DNA from: Escherichia phage tonn
Sequence record: NC_049815.1
Length of the DNA stretch: 51,012 nucleotides
Reading direction: 5' to 3' (one strand)
The translations under genes were made by a program, and so were the position numbers. Under the pieces are notes generated by a model that saw only the letters and a program-made list of their open reading frames with translations, searched no databases and was not told the origin of the DNA. Numbering within the stretch: position 1 is the stretch's first letter; every line of letters starts with the position of its first letter. Below, one piece after another: positions 16,384 through 24,674 of this stretch.

Positions 16384-17093
16384 TGTATAAAGGTTTAATA
16401 TTCTCCCTATTTGATGGATCTGGTAAAGCAGTTAAAGATTGGGCTGATAATGGATATAAGTGCATTTGCTTTAATGCTGACGGCGGCGATCACGGTGATT
16501 ACCAGTCAGTGCGCATACAGCATGAGAATATCGAATACGTTAACGTCTGGATTGATGATGCTTTTTATGTTAAGGCAATCAATAATGAGTTGGGCAATCC
16601 TGATTTTATTATGGCGTTCCATCCTTGCACCGACCTTGCAAATAGCGGATCTCGCCATTGGGCCAAAAAACGCCTTGAGAATCCATCGTTCCAGGATGAG
16701 GCCGCCGACACTTGCAGAATCGCGGCTGATATAGCTGATTATTTCGGTGTTCCTTACATGATCGAAAATCCGGTTGGCAAGTTGTCAACGTTATGGCGTA
16801 AGCCTGATTATACGTTCCATCCGTGCGATTACGCTGGCTATCTGCCGGAAGATGATAAACATCCCGACTTCCCTGATATTATTCCGGCGCGTGATCGCTA
16901 TTTTAAGAAAACGTGCCTCTGGACTGGCAACGGCTTTGTTATTCCTCCACGCGCTTTAATCCTGCCGAAAGAGGAAGACAAAGATAATCCAGGCTGGGCC
17001 AAAACTGGAGGCAAGTCATCGCGCACAAAGATGATCCGCTCCCTCACTCCGCGCGGATTTGCTCGCGCCGTCTTTGAGTCAAACTCAAAATAG
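16384..17093 (+). CDS. DNA cytosine-5 methyltransferase-fold protein, atypical and without a normal target recognition domain
   Basis: 236 aa from ATG 16384 (GAGG RBS); FSLFDGSG (motif I-like), HPC-T at residues 80-83 (motif IV-like), ENPVG (motif VI-like), PARDRYF (motif VIII-like) at M.HhaI-like spacing. Confidence 0.55.
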
Positions 17094-17108
17094 CACTTTT
17101 TGTTAAAA
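17088..17108 (+). promoter_or_regulatory. 21-bp intergenic motif copy with hairpin GCCAGGT-n6-ACCTGGC then CATAAT
   Basis: exact motif; TAG in motif is stop of methyltransferase-fold gene. Confidence 0.5.
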
Positions 17109-17162
17109 GCCAGGTGTAAAAACCTGGCATAATCACATCGAACAAACAAAGGAGATCTGATC

Positions 17163-17549
17163 ATGAATGTTATCTGTAATGAAACCAACGTATTGATGAA
17201 AGGCCGTTTTAAAACGGTTTATCAGAAGATTGCAGGAAGTGATGATGTGATCGAGGTGGAAGAGTTCCAGGTTAAGACGCTTGTTAAGGGTAGCCGCTGG
17301 CTTCCAGCAAACCGAGATGATTACCGCGCCATTAACACAAAAACCGTTCTTTGCACGTTTGTAGATCATAACATGCCGTGCAAAAAGCACTTTAAGCAGG
17401 GCAAGCGATACCAGATCGAGAAAGGGCGACCGCTTGGAAGCGTTGCGGGTTATGTTTTTGATGAGTGCGGCGACCGCTGGAACCTGTACCGTGAAGAGGT
17501 AGGATTCTCTGCTGGCGGCTGTTATCTGTTTGAGGGCAAATATCTGTGA
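17163..17549 (+). CDS. hypothetical protein
   Basis: 128 aa; GGAG RBS. Confidence 0.5.
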   Translation: MNVICNETNVLMKGRFKTVYQKIAGSDDVIEVEEFQVKTLVKGSRWLPANRDDYRAINTKTVLCTFVDHNMPCKKHFKQGKRYQIEKGRPLGSVAGYVFDECGDRWNLYREEVGFSAGGCYLFEGKYL

Positions 17550-17767
17550 TAAACAGTGAAAACCGTTACAAAGTAACGCATTCTACCACAAAGACTTTCA
17601 AGCCTGGCGATATAGTCAGGCCCATCAAAAAAACGGCGGTAGGTTGGCTGATTGGTTTTTCATATCATAAGGCGCTTTACTTTACGTTTAAGGATGGGAT
17701 TACAGGAGAATGCTACAGCGACCGCCAGCCTGATCGACTTCTGGTTGCAATAGAGCGGATCAAATAG
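17546..17767 (+). CDS. hypothetical protein
   Basis: 73 aa; ATGA-type overlap upstream. Confidence 0.5.
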   Translation: MINSENRYKVTHSTTKTFKPGDIVRPIKKTAVGWLIGFSYHKALYFTFKDGITGECYSDRQPDRLLVAIERIK

Positions 17768-17782
17768 CACTTTTTGACAAAA
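17762..17782 (+). promoter_or_regulatory. 21-bp intergenic motif copy (TTGACA variant) with TAAAAT in hairpin loop
   Basis: AAATAGCACTTTTTGACAAAA. Confidence 0.5.
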
Positions 17783-17835
17783 CGGGGTAGTATTGGGCCG
17801 TTAAAATTTACGGCCCACAAAGGAGAAGCTAACGA

Positions 17836-19416
17836 ATGTTTTCATTAGAAACGAACAAATTAACTCCACAACAAATAATCGCTATGGCTGAAAGCCAGAA
17901 CCTTTCGCCAGTTCGCGTATCAATTCAGGCTAACGGCTATCGCCAGTCGTCCAGCTTTTGGGGCGACGTAAAGGATGTGAATAGCGGTCACGATCGCTAC
18001 CCCGTTATTTCTCTTGGTAATGATATTGATGTTGTCGGCAAGTTATCACGCAGCATTGCGCGATCCGTTCAATTCCCTGAATCATCGGCTTACATGCACT
18101 TTATCGGCTGCATTTCTGCCGCTATGCTTGGACGCTTTACGGTTGACTATCACGGAACCGATCAGCCGACTGCGCTTTACGTCGTTACAAGCCAGCCGCC
18201 GTCAACTGGTAAATCTGCGATCAACAGCATGGCTATTGCTCCGATGATTGCGGAAGTTGAGAAGATCAACGAGCAACGCCGCAAGGAAAGAAAGAAAATA
18301 CAGGCAAAGCTGGCAGGTCTTGCAAAGGAGATGAAAAGCGAAAGATCCGGCGCTGATATGGAATCTCTATACCAGGAAAAAGAGGATCTGGAGGAAAAGC
18401 TGGAAAAAATGTGTGATATAACTTTTCCTGTTTCAGATACAACTCCAGAAGGCTTGGCGAAAATCAACAACAAGCAAGGTAACTTTGCCGTAATATCTGA
18501 TGAAGCAACAAGTATTAACAGTCTGTTAGGCTTGACCTATGCAAATAGCGAAAGGAAGACTAACAGTGAGTTAGTGCTTAAGGCGTGGGATAATGGTCAC
18601 GTATCAATTGCCCGTGCTAATGCTGACAATAATATGAGTTTTCGCGCGCTTGGATGTATGAGCGTCATAGCCCAGGATGAAACGATAAGCGGAATCATGG
18701 ACGCTGGATCGCGAGGCATCGGTGTTAGTGAGCGTTTTTTGTTGGTCCGAGAGGAATCATTCTTAGGCCGTCGCTCATTCATTGATGAAAATGGTGATTC
18801 TACCTATGAGGCGGTGGATTCTGAATTGAAAGCCCAATATTATCAATTGGTGCATAACATCATGAGCGAATCAAATATATCGCTGAAAATAAGCCGTTCA
18901 GCTATGCGAGTGCTCAACATTGCTCGCCAGGATATGGAACCGCATCTTGCAGACGGAGGAAAGTATTCTCATACAATGTTACGCGGTGCGCTGGGTAAAA
19001 TGGATAAACAGGTGATCAGGCTTGCTTCCGTCCTGCATGTTATCCGTAACTGGTTTAATCCTGCCGGATACCCGCAGAAGTCGAAAGAGATCGACGTGGA
19101 AACAATGCAAGAGGCGTTGATCATGTTTCAGGAATTGAGCAAAACATACATTAGCGCCGCCAATGCTTCTGGTTATGCTGGTGATGATGCTGAAATGGGT
19201 AAATTGATTGAATTGATCACGAGGCACGGCAAGGCTAATAAAGGGATTCTGAATATCCGCGCCCTGTACGAATCAGCGAGAAAGGTAAAACCTTTCGTTG
19301 GTCAGGCTGGCGTAATGAAAAGGATAGAAGGGCACTTACTGCCAATGCTGGAAGAAAGAAATTATGTTTGTGTGATTAATGGTGTTATTTTTGTCAATCC
19401 AATACTGCTGGGATGA
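17836..19416 (+). CDS. P-loop NTPase of unknown function (526 aa)
   Basis: Walker A-like SQPPSTGKSA (~res 120), charged coiled-coil-like insert, Walker B-like FAVISDEATS (~res 215); AAGGAG RBS. Confidence 0.6.
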   Translation: MFSLETNKLTPQQIIAMAESQNLSPVRVSIQANGYRQSSSFWGDVKDVNSGHDRYPVISLGNDIDVVGKLSRSIARSVQFPESSAYMHFIGCISAAMLGRFTVDYHGTDQPTALYVVTSQPPSTGKSAINSMAIAPMIAEVEKINEQRRKERKKIQAKLAGLAKEMKSERSGADMESLYQEKEDLEEKLEKMCDITFPVSDTTPEGLAKINNKQGNFAVISDEATSINSLLGLTYANSERKTNSELVLKAWDNGHVSIARANADNNMSFRALGCMSVIAQDETISGIMDAGSRGIGVSERFLLVREESFLGRRSFIDENGDSTYEAVDSELKAQYYQLVHNIMSESNISLKISRSAMRVLNIARQDMEPHLADGGKYSHTMLRGALGKMDKQVIRLASVLHVIRNWFNPAGYPQKSKEIDVETMQEALIMFQELSKTYISAANASGYAGDDAEMGKLIELITRHGKANKGILNIRALYESARKVKPFVGQAGVMKRIEGHLLPMLEERNYVCVINGVIFVNPILLG

Positions 19417-19808
19417 TTATGTTTTTGCTTGATCTGTATAAATGGTGTGAGTCATACGATTGGTTTAACAGGCAGCACATAGCCAAATTTATCTATCAGC
19501 ATAGAGAATGTGAGCGGCTCGCACGGGCCGCCGGACTTACGCCGCGAATGTTCGCCAGCCTTGCATCTAAGGAATTTTGCGCAAGAATGATGACGGCTGG
19601 TTATATAGATGGAGTCTGCGGAAAATACTGGTCCAAAGGATCGTCAAAGCGGCCTTTCGGATTCGAATTGTATAGCCTGGATGGTATGCGCAACGACTGG
19701 ATCAGGGATATAGCTAGAATAGGGGAGATGGGCGATGATGAATTGTTCCAGGCAAAAGCTAATAGACAAGATCTTGAAGCACTGCGCCGTAAATTCAATA
19801 TCACATGA
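19413..19808 (+). CDS. hypothetical protein
   Basis: 131 aa; ATGA overlap with NTPase gene. Confidence 0.5.
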   Translation: MIMFLLDLYKWCESYDWFNRQHIAKFIYQHRECERLARAAGLTPRMFASLASKEFCARMMTAGYIDGVCGKYWSKGSSKRPFGFELYSLDGMRNDWIRDIARIGEMGDDELFQAKANRQDLEALRRKFNIT

Positions 19809-19929
19809 TGATTTTATTCATGCTTTACTTACGCTACTTTATTCAGATATGCGAGCTTTTAGCACCACTGAACACGTTTTATGCAATGATGATGGTGTGT
19901 TATTGGTTACAGTAAAGCGTATGGAATAG
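19735..19929 (+). CDS. hypothetical small protein (overlaps 19413..19808 out of frame; start uncertain)
   Basis: ends with the TAG inside a motif copy. Confidence 0.3.
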   Translation: MMNCSRQKLIDKILKHCAVNSISHDDFIHALLTLLYSDMRAFSTTEHVLCNDDGVLLVTVKRME

Positions 19930-19944
19930 CATTTTTTGTTAAAA
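19924..19944 (+). promoter_or_regulatory. 21-bp intergenic motif copy with hairpin CCCGAC-n6-GTCGGG then TATATT
   Basis: GAATAGCATTTTTTGTTAAAA; leader CATCGAAACGAAC at 19975..19987. Confidence 0.5.
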
Positions 19945-20006
19945 CTCCCGACCTTGTGTCGGGTATATTTGTTTCATCGAAACGAACCAACCAAAAAGGA
20001 AAAATT

Positions 20007-20231
20007 ATGTCCAGCAAGTTTTTAGTAGTTCGCGTATACAATCATGCAAATGGATCTTCTTCTGAAATTCCGACAGTTTACGATAAGGATTCAGGCTGGA
20101 GTGAGCAATCGGCGGTTGAAAATGAGCGCAAGATTGCAGAAATGTACGGCGACACTTGCAGCATTGAAGTAAGGCAGTACGACGAATCGAACAAGCCAAC
20201 AAACGAAACTCATATGTGGCCCGACGCATAA
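20007..20231 (+). CDS. hypothetical protein
   Basis: start moved to ATG 20007 (listed start lies inside the promoter cassette). Confidence 0.5.
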   Translation: MSSKFLVVRVYNHANGSSSEIPTVYDKDSGWSEQSAVENERKIAEMYGDTCSIEVRQYDESNKPTNETHMWPDA

Positions 20232-20265
20232 AAATAAAGGAGGCATTAAGCCTCCTTTTTCTTTT
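20231..20265. terminator. bidirectional rho-independent terminator between convergent genes
   Basis: stem GGAGGC/GCCTCC with A-run before and T-run after. Confidence 0.6.
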
Positions 20266-20641
20266 CTCTCCAGTAAAGACAAATCAGCACAAGAAACACA
20301 ACAACGCATATGATTACTGGATCGTACCATCTGCCGTTATTACCCTGCACGACCTGAATTTTGTCTGCCTTGATGGTATTGGCCTGAATGGTTGATGTTG
20401 TGAAATCCTTCTTGCTGGACGTGTCCACCTTGTCAACCGCAGATTCCTTTATTGTGGTTTCCTGTTTTGTGCTGGCGTCCTGCTTTGCTGTAATGCCAAC
20501 TGTCTGCTTCACGTTCTCCGCTCCAGCCTGTGCTGTGATTTCCGGCTTACTGCCGATTAATCCGGTCAGTGGCGTAACGCTTGAACATCCAGACAAGATC
20601 ACCGCCATTGCGATTGGTGTAAGTAAAAAATTCTTCATCAT
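20246..20641 (-). CDS. unimolecular spanin (T1 gp11-like)
   Basis: 131 aa; N-terminal lipoprotein signal (AVILSGC) plus C-terminal TM helix ([16 protein letters not shown]); ATGA overlap with endolysin gene. Confidence 0.7.
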   Translation of the reverse strand: MMKNFLLTPIAMAVILSGCSSVTPLTGLIGSKPEITAQAGAENVKQTVGITAKQDASTKQETTIKESAVDKVDTSSKKDFTTSTIQANTIKADKIQVVQGNNGRWYDPVIICVVVFLVLICLYWREKKKEA

Positions 20642-21129
20642 TTCAGATCCATTGTGCAATATTTGTATTCGACCTTGCGCCTGTTAAGTAAGCCTTTAGA
20701 CTTCTCGCGCTTTCCTGTTTTTGGGTTATGGTAATAAGTCCAACGATAAAGCTGATCGCAAGCCTCGTTTAATTTCCCCTGGTTGATGAGTTTCAGCATT
20801 GTTGAATTTCTGAAAGCTCCCACACCTGCATTGTAAGTGAATGAGTACATTGCTGCACGCATACTATCAGGAATATCAACCTTAACTTGCTTGTCAACTT
20901 CCTTTTTAGCAACCTGGATATGCTTAGCCAACAAAGCATCACACTCTTTTTTAGTGTACGTTTTCCCCAGGATAACATCTGGTCCGGTGATTCCTGCGCA
21001 AACCGTCCATACTCCAGCAATATCTTTGTATGGCTTGTATCTTACCCCTTCGATCTCTTCAAGAAGTGGAGAAGTCAAGGCAACCGCAACGCCAAAGGCC
21101 GCCGCCGCTACCCTGTTCTTTATGCTCAT
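20638..21129 (-). CDS. SAR endolysin (T4-lysozyme-like muramidase)
   Basis: N-terminal weakly hydrophobic Gly/Ala-rich SAR segment followed by E-x8-D-x5-T catalytic triad. Confidence 0.75.
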   Translation of the reverse strand: MSIKNRVAAAAFGVAVALTSPLLEEIEGVRYKPYKDIAGVWTVCAGITGPDVILGKTYTKKECDALLAKHIQVAKKEVDKQVKVDIPDSMRAAMYSFTYNAGVGAFRNSTMLKLINQGKLNEACDQLYRWTYYHNPKTGKREKSKGLLNRRKVEYKYCTMDLK

Positions 21130-21344
21130 TACTTGCCCCTGATTTCAATAGCTTTTTGAATATCACCTTTTTCGATCGCCTCGTGGAATTTTTTACTATC
21201 ACGCCAGCGAAGGTAAGCGCCCCATGCACCGAATGCAGCCATTAAAACAAAGCTGGCAATAGCAATGGTTAACTGCCCTGTAGCGGCGCTTGCGATAGAT
21301 GAACCGCCAGATCCAGCGGTAGCTGCGTTAATAAAATCTTTCAT
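21129..21344 (-). CDS. holin (pinholin-like)
   Basis: 71 aa, Gly/Ala/Ser-rich first segment and hydrophobic second helix, charged C-terminus; TAATG coupling to endolysin. Confidence 0.6.
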   Translation of the reverse strand: MKDFINAATAGSGGSSIASAATGQLTIAIASFVLMAAFGAWGAYLRWRDSKKFHEAIEKGDIQKAIEIRGK

Positions 21345-21489
21345 TTTTATTCTCCATATTAATTAAAGTCAATATATTGACCGCATGATAAACGTACATG
21401 GTAAAAAATTAAACAAAAAAAAGAGGCGACAAACGCCGCCCCTTTGCAAGTTTTTGATTTAATTTGTCATTGATTTAAATAAAAATTCA

Positions 21490-22605
21490 TCAATTCATCA
21501 TTTCTGGATAGTGAACAAATCGCCCCACCTCTCCATGCTCTTTGTCGTAAATGATAACCGCCGCACGGCGTCGAGATCGCCAGCCACCGCGCGCGGCGTA
21601 TGCGTCTTTTGCCGCCAGGGTGCTATGCACCTCAACGATGCCAAGCGACGTTTCTGTCACGGTCTGGTGATGCCAGTGCCCTACGTGCGCATACATCGTT
21701 TTTGAGTTTCCGAAGTCCTCCCGCCAATCTGACGCGCACATCATTAGCAAAGCCTCCGGTTTACGCACTGTGTGCCCGTGATGGTACGCAAGGAAAGTTT
21801 TTCCGTATTGCGTGTGGTGCACAACGCGAGGGGAAACATCAACGTAAACGCGCGGCTCGTTTTCATATGCTGCCGCCATTGCTGCGCGTAGCCAAATCAT
21901 TCCTGATTGGTCATGATTGCCCTCTACGATCTGGACTTCAACATGTTTATGCTTTAACAACATTTTATTGATTGCGCGTCGCATTGCACGGATGGCAACG
22001 TAAACCAATTTTGCATATCGACTATCTTGATCCAGTACGTGACCGCTTGCAGGTGTAACCGCCTCCAGGCCGTCGCTATGCAGCATATCGCCACCAATCA
22101 GGATGACAGCCTTTTCGCTATCCGGTGCGCACATTAAAGCATAGTCGATAAAGTTATTCATAACGCGCTCTGCCGTGGCAGTATCCCAATTTTCGCCGCA
22201 TTCGTGCTTATGGGCCATAGCGCCTAAGTGCATGTCAAAGATCGGATACAAGGAAAGCGTTTCGTTATAGTCGCGCTCCTGTAATGGAACCGGATCTAAT
22301 CGCGGCACTTCCTCGCTAAATGCCTCCATTGCTGCGCGCATTAATGCTTCTAATTGCTCTTTATCCTTGCTGGTTTTAGTCCACTTTAGGATTATGTTGC
22401 CTTCTTTGTCAGTCATTACTGACTCACCATGAACGCCAAAACCAGGCGCTCCAATGGTGGATACCTGGCCTTGCTTTGCAAGTCGCGCCGCGCGACGCTC
22501 GACGCTTCTCACATTCATTCCGTACTCTTGAGCGATCTGTTTATATGTCTTACCCGCCGCCCGTTCGATCTTGAATTGCTCATCTGTAATTTTTACATTT
22601 TTCAT
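21490..22605 (-). CDS. calcineurin-like metallophosphoesterase (Mre11/SbcD-like) with N-terminal HTH
   Basis: start at ATG 22605 (MKNVKITDEQ); DMHLG, GDMLHSDG and GNHD motifs. Confidence 0.6.
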   Translation of the reverse strand: MKNVKITDEQFKIERAAGKTYKQIAQEYGMNVRSVERRAARLAKQGQVSTIGAPGFGVHGESVMTDKEGNIILKWTKTSKDKEQLEALMRAAMEAFSEEVPRLDPVPLQERDYNETLSLYPIFDMHLGAMAHKHECGENWDTATAERVMNNFIDYALMCAPDSEKAVILIGGDMLHSDGLEAVTPASGHVLDQDSRYAKLVYVAIRAMRRAINKMLLKHKHVEVQIVEGNHDQSGMIWLRAAMAAAYENEPRVYVDVSPRVVHHTQYGKTFLAYHHGHTVRKPEALLMMCASDWREDFGNSKTMYAHVGHWHHQTVTETSLGIVEVHSTLAAKDAYAARGGWRSRRRAAVIIYDKEHGEVGRFVHYPEMMN

Positions 22606-22699
22606 TCTGCTACCTATCTCATCACTATATGGTACATAACTGTAACAGCGATGATAACTGGTAACGGTAGAACAAACAAGCGCCACATGATAACTATCC

Positions 22700-22963
22700 T
22701 CATTTATAATATTTGCGAGGCTCTCGGATTTTAGCCATTGCCTCTTTGAAATCAATTTTTGTTGGAACTGCTGGAACTCTTACCATTTTTCGCGGCCTTT
22801 CCTTGAGGAAAGTCATCTTATCACCGCTAATTATGCTCACATCTGCAATATCAAAGTATTGCGCGATCTTCTTTATATCGTCTGCTATTCCGCATTCTTT
22901 AGCGTGATTCCATACCGCCTCTCTACCTTGTTCAACCTTCATGCTTATAATATGCCTCCGCAA
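22700..22963 (-). CDS. hypothetical protein
   Basis: 87 aa. Confidence 0.45.
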   Translation of the reverse strand: MRRHIISMKVEQGREAVWNHAKECGIADDIKKIAQYFDIADVSIISGDKMTFLKERPRKMVRVPAVPTKIDFKEAMAKIREPRKYYK

Positions 22964-23117
22964 ATTCTAATGGGTAGTGACCATATGCAACGCGAAGTAG
23001 AATCATTGCAGCGCCCCAATCAAGCTGCATATTGTTTTTCGTTCCACCTTTTACCGCCTCGCGTGCGGCTTGTTGCGCCTGGTCAAATGCTTTCTTGCTA
23101 TATACTACCATTTTCAT
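22932..23117 (-). CDS. hypothetical protein
   Basis: 61 aa; preceded by motif cassette and GAGGAAATGAAA RBS. Confidence 0.4.
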   Translation of the reverse strand: MKMVVYSKKAFDQAQQAAREAVKGGTKNNMQLDWGAAMILLRVAYGHYPLEFAEAYYKHEG

Positions 23118-23168
23118 TTCCTCACGTTCGTTTCGATGAAATAATTATGCCCGACAAAATGCCGGGCG

Positions 23169-23189
23169 TTTTAACAAAAAGTGCTATTA
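23169..23189 (-). promoter_or_regulatory. 21-bp intergenic motif copy with hairpin and CATAAT; leader CATCGAAACGAAC
   Basis: motif match. Confidence 0.5.
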
Positions 23190-23444
23190 GTGGATCATTC
23201 CGTTCTGAAAATTCCACGAATCGACAAACTCTTGCATGTCATTTCTTATTTGTTCGTGCCATTTTTCAAGATGTAGTTTTCTTGTATCCTCAAAGCTCAT
23301 ATCTAATGCGCTTGAAAATTCCCACGGATCGCAATCAATCATCTTTTTCACGTTAGGGTTTTTATCAAGTGCATCGCACACCATAGCGCGAAATAACAAC
23401 CACTCGCCAGTTTCATTTAAATAAACGCTTCTCTCTTTTTTCAT
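23187..23444 (-). CDS. hypothetical protein
   Basis: 85 aa. Confidence 0.5.
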   Translation of the reverse strand: MKKERSVYLNETGEWLLFRAMVCDALDKNPNVKKMIDCDPWEFSSALDMSFEDTRKLHLEKWHEQIRNDMQEFVDSWNFQNGMIH

Positions 23445-23448
23445 CGTG

Positions 23449-24174
23449 TTAGCTCCGTTTGCGCGCGCGGCGTTCGGTTACAGAAGGGCAAATATCGCTG
23501 ATCTTAACGTATCGCGTTTTCTGCTCTTCGCCTTCTTTAAGTTTACGCATGACAAAAATCACGCTCCCCTTATTGTTGCCCTGTACAGGCTCGCCAGTCA
23601 ATCCAGACACAAAGGCGATTCTTCCGGTGCGGGAATATTCCACTCCCCCCTCTTCGTAAACCTCGCCAGTGATCCAGATGATTTCAGCCGCGTTTTTCTG
23701 CGCCTCATAAAACCATGCTGTAGAGTTGTCGGATGGCAACAAAACATCAATTTGGTTGTTGTGCTCCATTTGCTCAATTGCTTTCTTGATAAATGGAGTT
23801 GGGTTGCTGTGCGGCGGGTTAAGCCATACGTGCTTGTTGCTACCCCACCAACGCTTTAAGCAATTTGTTTCCTTGCTGTAGAACTTCTCGCAAACTGCGT
23901 TTTCCTGGCTTGCTGCCGCGTCGAGATCGTATTCACCAAATTCTGATTCCATCCACTCCACGATCTCTTGAGGCGTGCTCCACATATCGCGCACAACGTC
24001 CGGCGTAGTGCTTCCAGCGTATCGGTTGCCGCTTACCTTATAATATTGATTTGGCTTTACTGCCTGGTAATGGCCTCCAGTTGCAAGAGCATTTCCTATA
24101 AACGTTTCTCTCTCCAACTGCTCAAAGCTAACGAATGCGTCATATGTGTCTTTATCTAAAATATCTTTAGCCAT
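23449..24174 (-). CDS. dam: DNA N6-adenine methyltransferase (phage Dam family)
   Basis: W-x-TP motif near N-terminus and NPPHS (DPPY-type) catalytic motif. Confidence 0.7.
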   Translation of the reverse strand: MAKDILDKDTYDAFVSFEQLERETFIGNALATGGHYQAVKPNQYYKVSGNRYAGSTTPDVVRDMWSTPQEIVEWMESEFGEYDLDAAASQENAVCEKFYSKETNCLKRWWGSNKHVWLNPPHSNPTPFIKKAIEQMEHNNQIDVLLPSDNSTAWFYEAQKNAAEIIWITGEVYEEGGVEYSRTGRIAFVSGLTGEPVQGNNKGSVIFVMRKLKEGEEQKTRYVKISDICPSVTERRARKRS

Positions 24175-24239
24175 TTTCATTTCTCCGCTATTAAAAGCCA
24201 TCTCGTGTTATTGAATTATGGCGCAATCCATCGCGCCAG

Positions 24240-24261
24240 TTTTAACAAAAAGTGCTATTTA
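24240..24261 (-). promoter_or_regulatory. 21-bp intergenic motif copy with hairpin GGCGCG..GCGCC and CATAAT
   Basis: motif match. Confidence 0.5.
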
Positions 24262-24674
24262 AGCATGTATTCAATAGCTAACTTAAACTGATTAAATCCG
24301 TAGGCGACCGCAGCGAATCCTCCTAAGCTGCGAACGCGACGCAAAAAAGACTTTTGTTCATCGCTGACTGGTGATGCTTTCCCCTTGCCTGATTTATTAA
24401 CTCGTTTGATCTCAATCGCTGCAAAGGGGTATTTTCCGTTTGAACCAATCAGGATGATGAAATCGCTTACCCCCTTAACCAAGCCGGACTGCTGATCAAT
24501 CATCGCCGTTACTTTCGACTTCTCATTCTCGTTTACCGTATGCCACGCTAGCAAATAAGGATGAGCATAAGTCAACCACTGAAAGCTATCTATCTGGTGA
24601 TTAACTTCCTTTCTCGTGTCGGTTGGATCTCTTTCGTAAAACTCAAGATAATCTCCTTTATCAGTTATAGCCAT
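24255..24674 (-). CDS. VRR-NUC domain nuclease
   Basis: 139 aa; D-x(n)-E-x-K PD-(D/E)xK-like core (DFIILIG...AIEIK). Confidence 0.55.
   Translation of the reverse strand: MAITDKGDYLEFYERDPTDTRKEVNHQIDSFQWLTYAHPYLLAWHTVNENEKSKVTAMIDQQSGLVKGVSDFIILIGSNGKYPFAAIEIKRVNKSGKGKASPVSDEQKSFLRRVRSLGGFAAVAYGFNQFKLAIEYMLK

Noticed and set aside
19956-20006. Longer start (19956) for the last rightward early gene and similar upstream extensions of several listed ORFs (e.g. 13286, 22755, 39183, 49533, 11058)
   Set aside because: The extensions begin at TTG/GTG or ATG codons inside the motif cassettes or promoters; downstream ATGs with proper RBS were preferred.
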